64,000 bases of DNA from an uncultured bacterium (GTDB lineage Bacteria; Verrucomicrobiota; Kiritimatiellia; RFP12; UBA1067). The position numbers and the translations under genes are program-made. The stretch spans positions 4,184,529-4,248,528 of the forward strand of contig OW818680.1 in assembly GCA_942493055.1 (NCBI GenBank). The letters run 5' to 3'. This document shows, piece by piece, positions 55,101-61,093 of the stretch (positions within the stretch are counted from its first letter, which is position 1; every line of letters starts with the position of its first letter). The notes under the pieces are model-generated. The model saw nothing but the letters and a program-made list of their open reading frames with translations. It was not told the DNA's origin and ran no database searches.

Positions 55101-57993
55101 GTCGCGCATCACAAAAAATGGCCAGGCCTCATTCCTCGTGAGGTTCATGAGGAACTGGCAGCTGGTTCGGGAACTGAAGCATATCAAGAAGCTGGGGGCT
55201 GATAAACTCTCGCTCACAGAGCTGAAGGCGAAGGCGGTCATCTGTAAAGCCTATGTCGGTCATGCCCGGCAATTTAAGGAAGACGCTTCTTATTTGCAGC
55301 GTAAAATGGGCGGGATATGGAAGGGGGAGGGGACGGACTGGAAGCAGGTCAAATCCGTTTTTGACAGGTCGAGCATGTTTTTTGATGCGCTCGCGGCTTG
55401 TTGCGGGAACAGTCAGGCGCAACTGGCCTCCAGCTGTGAGAAGCTTGCCCTCCTGTTGCCGCGTTGCCAGGAACTCTATGGCCCCGGACGGACTGAGCGA
55501 GAAAAGCTCAATCAATTTTTATCCGCCTTCAACCAGTTCGCGGAAGCTTTGGAGTCATTCAATGACCGGTACGGTTGCATTGCAACCATCACGGACGAGC
55601 AGACGCTGGACAAGGTGGAGCTGCGGATGGGCCAACTGCTGCTGCATCTGAACAGCCTTCGGCATTTCTGTATATGGCAAGGGCATAAGGACAAGGCGCT
55701 GAACAGCGGCATGGGTGAGGTTCTTCATAAGTTGCAGACACTCGATGGATTTGCGCAAAAAATGACTGAGCTTTTTGATTATGCCTATTGCCAGAAGATG
55801 CTTGATCAGATCCTGTCGGCAAGCCAGACGCTCAGTCAGTTTGTGGGAGAGACGCGAGACACGCAGGTCAAGCGTTTTGCTGAGGTGGATCACCTCTATG
55901 CGGAGTGCACGAAAAAGATGATTATCGCGCAGCTCTCGCAGCGCCTTCCCAGGCGGATAAACGGTAATATACCGAACACGTCGGAGCTGGGCATCTTGAA
56001 GAGGGAGTGCGCAAAACGCGCGCGACACATGCCTGTGCGCAAGTTGCTGTCACAAATCCCCACGCTGGCCAAGACGCTGAAACCCTGTTTCCTGATGAGC
56101 CCGCTGTCGGTCGCGCAGTACTTGCCGCCGGATATGGAGGGCTTTGACCTCATCGTCTTTGACGAAGCCTCGCAGATACCGGTGTGGGATGCGATTGGTG
56201 TCATTGCCCGAGGGAAGCAGCTCGTCGTTGTGGGCGATCCGAAACAGATGCCACCGACGAACTTTTTCCAGAAGGGAGAGGCTGACGATGAAGCAGGGCA
56301 AGGCGATGAAGAGTTCATGGATGATCTGGAGAGTATCTTGGATGAGTGTATTGCGGCTGATATCCATCCTGTCTATCTGAACTGGCATTATCGCAGCAGA
56401 CATGAATCCCTTATTACGTTTAGTAATAAGCATTACTACGACAATCGCTTGTTTACATTTCCTTCTGCCTCCAATCATCCGCATTTCGGGGTCAAGTTGG
56501 TTCATGTGAAAGATGGCTATTATGATCGGGTCTCGACACGGACCAATCGACGTGAGGCAGAGGAAATTGTCAGCAATATTCTGGAAAGGGCCAGGGATTC
56601 GGTGCTCTGTAAAAAGAGCGTCGGTATTGTGACTTTCAGTATTGTACAGCGCCAGCTTATCGAAGATCTGCTTGATGAGGCAAGAGAGAAGCATCCGGAG
56701 TTGGACACCTTCTTGGAGGAGGCATCAAAGCTCGAACCTTTGTTTGTCAAAAATCTTGAAAACGTTCAGGGTGACGAGCGTGATGTGATCCTCTTTTCAG
56801 TTTGCTATGGTGCTGATCGCCAGGGCAAATTCTTCATGAATTTTGGGCCGTTAAATCGCGAGGGGGGGGAGCGCCGCCTTAATGTTGCGATTACCCGTGC
56901 AAAAGAGCAGGTGATCGTGTTTAGTTCAATACTCAGCAAGGATATTGATTTGGATCGGACCATGGCGATCGGTGCCCAGCATTTGAAGGAGTTCCTGGAG
57001 TACGCGGAGAAAACGACAACTGTCCAAATAGGGAACACCGTTGCAGCCACACAAGAGGATCTGTTTGTGGCCTCCGTTGTCCAGTTCCTTGAACAAGAAG
57101 GGTATCAGGTGCGGCGCAATGTCGGAAACTCCGAATGTCGCATAGCAGCGGCCATTGTTCATCCAGACGATCCTGGCGCTTACCTGCTCGGCATTGAGTG
57201 TGACGGGGCGGGTTATATGAGCCAGCTTACAGCACGGGATCGTGATATCTTACGTCGTGCTGTCCTGCAGGGACTCAACTGGACGATCTATCGGATGTGG
57301 ATTGCCGACTGGTGGCATGACCGCGAGCGAGCACGTCAGAGGCTGTTGGCCGTTGTCAAGGATGCGGAGAAGGGGTTGTTGAAGATGCCTGCCGCTCCTG
57401 TTCTAAAAGAGGCTGACAAACAATCGTTGGAGGTTTCGAAACCGCAGCCGCTGTCTGCCCGAAAATCCTTGGCCAGCGCGTATAAGGTGTGGTCGAAAAA
57501 ACGTAGTCAGCAGCAGGATTTCTTTTATGAGCCCAGGGCGATACCGCTCATCACGCAGCAACTGAGCGAGATTATTGACATCGAGGCTCCGATTTGTGAG
57601 CCCCTTCTGCGAAGGCGTCTGCTCCAGCACTGGGAGTTCGGGAGGGCAGGCGAGCGTATCCAGGCGGTGATTTCCCGGTGTTTGCCTGCTGACGTGACGG
57701 TCACTGCGCTAGGCGACGAGAACGTGTATTGGTCCAGCCGAGTCTCAGCAAACAACTACGTGCAGTATCGCAACCGCGTGGATGAAGACACTGAAAAGCG
57801 TGAGATTGCCGAAATTCCGCCTGAAGAGCTTGCAAATGCGATGCATGAAATATTATTGGAATTGCACTCCTGCCCAGAGGATGCACTCTTTTCAGAAACG
57901 ATCAAAGTGTTTGGATTCCGAATGGTGACAGAAAGTGCGCGCAATCGACTCCAGACGGCCATGGCGTGGTTACGGAAGAGCGGAAGAATTTAG
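52168..57993 (+). CDS. Giant DUF4011 / SF1 (Upf1-like, AAA_11+AAA_12) helicase / PD-(D/E)xK (Vsr/DUF559-like) nuclease / DUF3320 protein with an N-terminal transglutaminase-like domain; HheA-like
   Basis: The start was chosen at MSADLQ (nt 52168), which has an RBS (aaggaagga); the longer ORF runs to 52051. The DUF4011 hallmark WRQKLLDLSLRNRLLN is present. Walker A VLHGPPGTGKSQTITN and downstream helicase motifs (DEASQ, VGDPKQMPPT, and a helicase C-terminal VAITRAKEQVIVF). A Vsr/DUF559-like block (ECRIAAAIVHPDDPGAYLLGIECDGAGYMS). A DUF3320-like tail. An N-terminal papain-like/transglutaminase-like motif (FRLGTCLDTTLL...HAYLGCH). About 1940 aa. Confidence 0.85.
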   Translation: MSADLQPMNGTVKIDLDYCNKINLSAYQKRILIVRSLRLTNATEQVLEGVVCVISAAPAMICAKKVFIEQLPAGAEYVVQQVDVEADYAFITQLSDKVVGQVTVSVYQGDVLLAESAYPMEAYAADQWLGASLYPELLCSFVTPNLEVISGLMGEVAVELERLTASSAINGYQSQDKKRAYAICTAAYRAVLNWQINYANPPASFEGQRIRFADAIYKFRLGTCLDTTLLLASVVEQCGLHPVIMLTKGHAYLGCHLKDFYFSEPVVADLQTIRKLVGLDDFVVFETTCVTKGTSFESAEAEARRAHLNDDDAFVFALDVMCARKCGILPLPLKRSTDGIEFNPPETQKRNTGKETIRELETAIEVEEQSVAGNRIMRWRQKLLDLSLRNRLLNAKENNKQFVRLLCHDISALEDNLASRQSFQILPFGNLVHSDEQELRNMSLLSKLQITDDIKARIESEMKQGRLLSPLSEEVLKARLKELYRQGIADIEEGGVNTLFLAAGFLSHPNPNQPTSCIAPIILIPIRLERPSGNQAVTLSRMDDEAVINVTLLELLRKEFKVSIPGVDPLPTDDMGVDVKKVMQIFRQALCDVKGCEVLEEIALGRFSFNKFIMWNDLTAREEILKNNEIVRHLVSGEAMFDDGVEVFDPKDVDSNLVYSDLFCPVSADSSQVAAVIYSGMDKNFVLHGPPGTGKSQTITNIIAHNLARGKKVLFVSEKKAALDVVYRRLSQIGLQPFCLELHSNKTGKADVLKQFSEVLELPEMGAPQGWDATVTELAKLRQALHLYTTDLHHVYPNRLSAYDCFARVMSCAQGAWIDGWFSCDLLTDTTEQYEERKAFAADLGQAYRYVSEAAQQAFSGLATFEWNPQVEREFKMRAEGLRDCARALAKVFQPHATTLGLPAEETGLKRVYEVAALFEVLKDSEAIPSDFISQDFASNRVELERAIGNALQFVKARDELAPYNLDALAAVDWDSVLSRITKNGQASFLVRFMRNWQLVRELKHIKKLGADKLSLTELKAKAVICKAYVGHARQFKEDASYLQRKMGGIWKGEGTDWKQVKSVFDRSSMFFDALAACCGNSQAQLASSCEKLALLLPRCQELYGPGRTEREKLNQFLSAFNQFAEALESFNDRYGCIATITDEQTLDKVELRMGQLLLHLNSLRHFCIWQGHKDKALNSGMGEVLHKLQTLDGFAQKMTELFDYAYCQKMLDQILSASQTLSQFVGETRDTQVKRFAEVDHLYAECTKKMIIAQLSQRLPRRINGNIPNTSELGILKRECAKRARHMPVRKLLSQIPTLAKTLKPCFLMSPLSVAQYLPPDMEGFDLIVFDEASQIPVWDAIGVIARGKQLVVVGDPKQMPPTNFFQKGEADDEAGQGDEEFMDDLESILDECIAADIHPVYLNWHYRSRHESLITFSNKHYYDNRLFTFPSASNHPHFGVKLVHVKDGYYDRVSTRTNRREAEEIVSNILERARDSVLCKKSVGIVTFSIVQRQLIEDLLDEAREKHPELDTFLEEASKLEPLFVKNLENVQGDERDVILFSVCYGADRQGKFFMNFGPLNREGGERRLNVAITRAKEQVIVFSSILSKDIDLDRTMAIGAQHLKEFLEYAEKTTTVQIGNTVAATQEDLFVASVVQFLEQEGYQVRRNVGNSECRIAAAIVHPDDPGAYLLGIECDGAGYMSQLTARDRDILRRAVLQGLNWTIYRMWIADWWHDRERARQRLLAVVKDAEKGLLKMPAAPVLKEADKQSLEVSKPQPLSARKSLASAYKVWSKKRSQQQDFFYEPRAIPLITQQLSEIIDIEAPICEPLLRRRLLQHWEFGRAGERIQAVISRCLPADVTVTALGDENVYWSSRVSANNYVQYRNRVDEDTEKREIAEIPPEELANAMHEILLELHSCPEDALFSETIKVFGFRMVTESARNRLQTAMAWLRKSGRI

Positions 57994-58002
57994 AGCCTTT
58001 TC

Positions 58003-58620
58003 TTATGCCATCTTGATGATGCCGCGCTGAAGGGCGGTTTTGACAGCTTCGGTGCGGTTGGTGGCGCCGAGTTTCTCAAAGATGATGGTGTTATAGAAGC
58101 GTATCGTCTTTTCGCTGAGGCGAGTCGTGTCGGAGATTTCTTTATTGGAGAGGCCTTTTGCCATCAATGTGAGCACTTCGAGTTGGCGCGAGGAGAGTCC
58201 CTGCTGGTGTTCGCGCCGTTCAATTTGCTGTAGGATGTTTTTAGGGAAGACAGTCTTGCCGCTCTGCACGGCCCGCACCGCCTCGATGATGGTATCAGGC
58301 TGCGCGCTTTTCATGATGTAGCCGGAGGCGCCCAGATGAAAGGCTTGATAGATATCCTCTTCCGTGTCTGACATGGTCAGCATGATCACTTTGATGGACG
58401 GGTATTCCGTGCGCAATAATTTGAGTAGGTCAATGCCAGTGCTATCCGGCATCCGGATGTCGAGCAGGATAATGTCCGGTTTTTCGGTTTTGAGCCGGGC
58501 GAGCGCCTGTTTCTGGTTCTCGGCCTCTGACAGGACAATGATGTCCGGTGTGAGCTGGAAGGCCATACGCAGGCCCATGCGCACGATGTTGTGGTCATCA
58601 ATCAGCATGACATTGATCAT
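58003..58620 (-). CDS. LuxR/NarL-family two-component response regulator
   Basis: A REC domain (MINVMLIDDH...D, a phospho-acceptor DIRMPD, and a conserved K) plus a C-terminal LuxR HTH (LSSRQLEVLTLMAKGLSNKEIS). It is convergent with the helicase, 9 bp apart, and overlaps the histidine kinase gene by 4 bp. Confidence 0.9.
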   Translation of the reverse strand: MINVMLIDDHNIVRMGLRMAFQLTPDIIVLSEAENQKQALARLKTEKPDIILLDIRMPDSTGIDLLKLLRTEYPSIKVIMLTMSDTEEDIYQAFHLGASGYIMKSAQPDTIIEAVRAVQSGKTVFPKNILQQIERREHQQGLSSRQLEVLTLMAKGLSNKEISDTTRLSEKTIRFYNTIIFEKLGATNRTEAVKTALQRGIIKMA

Positions 58621-60704
58621 GACGGCCTCCTGTTTTTCGGGAGCGGGAAGGTCAGGATGACGCGTGTCCCGTGTCCAGGCTCACTCTCGATTTGAAAGAG
58701 GCCGTCAATCCTGCGCATGCGCTCTTTCATGCCGATTAAGCCATAATGGCCTGTGGAGGGAAAAGGAGTCGAGGCGGATTCGAACCCTTTCCCGTTGTCA
58801 TCAATGGTGATTTGAAAGCCCTCCTGCGCAGGCGAGGCGGTGATCACGATTTCGGTTGCCTCAGCATGCTTCACGATGTTGGTGATGGATTCCTTGATGA
58901 CCGCCAGAAGTTGGGTGGAACTGGACTCCGGAATATCTTTGGGCAACAGATCGAGCCTGCAGGTCAAGGTGTGTTCAGGGATACTGGGAGCCAAGGCTGC
59001 AATGGCTTGATCAAGCGAGGTTCCTTTGATGGTTGCTGCGCGGAGGTCCCAGACAGAGGTGCGCAACATGGCATGTGCATCCTCCAGGGCTTGCCGGGTG
59101 ATTTGCAAGAAGCCCGCGACTTTTCCCGGTGCGGCCTCTGTGGCCTTCAAGGCGCTTTGGACTTGAAGGCTGATGCCAGCCAAGTTTTGCTGGAGTGTAT
59201 CATGCAAGTCAGCGGCAATGCGCTTGCGCTCTGCCAGCAGGAGGTCCATGTCATGCTGGCGCTGCTTCTGCTTGCTGATCCGGATGCGAAGTCCGATGAT
59301 GATGCCGATCATCAGCAAGAGCAACAGGGCGGTTGTGATCTGCAGTCCTATTTCACGCTGGCGTGTGAGCCATGGCCCGCCCGGCAAGATCTGGATGTCA
59401 GTGGTGTCACGCAACAAGAGTTTCCAGGACTGAGGAAAGTTCTCGCGCTGATCCACGGTGCGATGAAAGACGAGGATCCCTGTGATCTTGACAGGCTGAC
59501 TTTTGGGAAGCCTTTCTACAAAGGACGGCACATTGTTTCGTTCTTCGAGAAGCGCACTATAAACAGAGCCTTCGGCAAGGAAGAGGATGTTCCTCTGGCC
59601 TTCAACCGGTTCGCCCGCCTGTACGATCTCCCCCCCTATTTGCACGACCCTTCCGTCAAGGTCCAGAGTGGCGGCGCCTGGGCTGGGTTGCTTGCTTGCG
59701 GCAATAATATCGGGCGAGAGGACGAGCGGCTCCGGAGGTGCGCGCGTCCCTGTTTTCCGGATCAGCGCTTCGTTCAATTCTGCGAAACAGTCTCCCATGG
59801 CCGGGAACCCGACAGCATCTATCACGGCCCCTGCCTGAAGCGGCGACTCCTCGTGCGTATTGATTTTGAGCGCATGGTCCCCCTCTTGGATGTAAAGTGC
59901 GCTCCCCGTGGAGTAGGTCACAATGCCGCTGACGCGCCTCCGGTGGCCATCCCTGTAGCCGTCGCTGACGGGGAGCATCTCATTGAGCCGGGTGAGGGGC
60001 CGGCGGAAGGGGTCTTCGGGGGAGGGCTTCAGCACCACGATGTCATTCGTTCCTGAGACATGGAGGCGGATCCCGAGAAATTCAGCCCGCTGGTTGTAAA
60101 AGGGCGAGAGACAGCCGCTGATCATGATTTCCGCGTCGACATACTGTTGCGAAGCTGGCAGGGTGGACGGCATCTGGACTTCCGCAGTAAAGAGGCCATC
60201 GGGAGTCATGATGTTCATCTGGACAAAGTGCGAATGGGTGAGCCCGGAGGTTGCGATTTTAAATGTTTGCGGGACGCCTTGCAGGGAGATGAGCGGATTG
60301 TTCTGGCTGATCGGACGGAGGTCCGCAAGTCGTTTAACCGGAGGGGAGGGAAGCTTCTGATGTCCCATGTGCCGGATCTCGGACGCCTGGACGCCAGGGA
60401 CAAGGCGTCCGGCGGATGTCGTGCCGATAATCTCAAGCACGTCGCCGACGTTGATCGCACGCGGAGGCCGCGCGGAGGGGCGGATAAAAAGAGCCATGTC
60501 CGTTGGGTCATCGAGCGCCGCAAGGGTAAAGGGCGCATCCGCCCAGTCGAAGCGATGCGCAACGATACCGGTCAGCCGGACCGGAAGCCCCTTGCCTGCT
60601 TCGATACGCGACAGTTGCTTGACGGCACGAATCGTCGTGAGGTCTTCCGCCTGAGCAGAACACCAGCCCGTGACCATCACAAAAACCAGCATCAATCTTT
60701 TCAT
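58617..60704 (-). CDS. Sensor histidine kinase (HisKA_3/NarX-type) with a large periplasmic sensor domain
   Basis: The start was chosen at MKRLMLVFVMVTGWCSAQA (signal peptide, nt 60704). The longer ORF to 60926 would read through a repeat. It has a periplasmic region of about 470 aa, a transmembrane segment (LLLLLMIGIIIGL), a HisKA_3 H-box (ADLHDTLQQNLAG), and an HATPase (DDNGKGF...GLIGMKERM...GHGTRV). Confidence 0.85.
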   Translation of the reverse strand: MKRLMLVFVMVTGWCSAQAEDLTTIRAVKQLSRIEAGKGLPVRLTGIVAHRFDWADAPFTLAALDDPTDMALFIRPSARPPRAINVGDVLEIIGTTSAGRLVPGVQASEIRHMGHQKLPSPPVKRLADLRPISQNNPLISLQGVPQTFKIATSGLTHSHFVQMNIMTPDGLFTAEVQMPSTLPASQQYVDAEIMISGCLSPFYNQRAEFLGIRLHVSGTNDIVVLKPSPEDPFRRPLTRLNEMLPVSDGYRDGHRRRVSGIVTYSTGSALYIQEGDHALKINTHEESPLQAGAVIDAVGFPAMGDCFAELNEALIRKTGTRAPPEPLVLSPDIIAASKQPSPGAATLDLDGRVVQIGGEIVQAGEPVEGQRNILFLAEGSVYSALLEERNNVPSFVERLPKSQPVKITGILVFHRTVDQRENFPQSWKLLLRDTTDIQILPGGPWLTRQREIGLQITTALLLLLMIGIIIGLRIRISKQKQRQHDMDLLLAERKRIAADLHDTLQQNLAGISLQVQSALKATEAAPGKVAGFLQITRQALEDAHAMLRTSVWDLRAATIKGTSLDQAIAALAPSIPEHTLTCRLDLLPKDIPESSSTQLLAVIKESITNIVKHAEATEIVITASPAQEGFQITIDDNGKGFESASTPFPSTGHYGLIGMKERMRRIDGLFQIESEPGHGTRVILTFPLPKNRRPS

Positions 60705-60719
60705 CGTTATAGCAAACCC

Positions 60720-60930
60720 AAGAAACTGGAGGGTGAGGCTGTGCCGAACCGTGCAAACGACTGTCACTTTTCCGGCTCGCCACAGTCTCGCCCTCCAACG
60801 TACGCTCGACACACGCCATAGGTCTGGAGGGTGAGGCTGTGCCGAACCGTGCAAATGACTGTCAATGTTTCGGCCCGCCATCCGGCGGCTGCCGGACCCT
60901 CCAGAAACATCATTCCAACATTCCATTCAA
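60720..60930. repeat. Tandem direct repeat of about 48 bp (2 copies, 100-bp period) plus a terminal ATTCC arm
   Basis: ctggagggtgaggctgtgccgaaccgtgcaaaYgactgtca at 60722-60770 and again at 60822-60870. gtctcgccctccaac at 60790 matches 51848. catcattccaacattccattc at 60903-60925 is a GGAAT-arm fragment. Confidence 0.75.
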
Positions 60931-61093
60931 GTTATCAAAACATTTTTTATATTGTCATATTGCCTACCCGAAGGCAACTCTTGATTATCGTATTTCACGA
61001 CAGACAATTCTCCGTATTGCTGGATTGCAAAAAATGAGGTATAGTAAAAACCCAAAGATTTAATTCGATGTTAAGGTAGGGGGGATCACTGTT

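Noticed and set aside
60705-60926. An N-terminal 74-aa extension of the histidine-kinase ORF (MECWNDVSGG...)
   Set aside because: The extension is encoded by the tandem-repeat and GGAAT-arm region. A signal-peptide-bearing Met (MKRLMLVFV...) at 60704 gives a sensible start.
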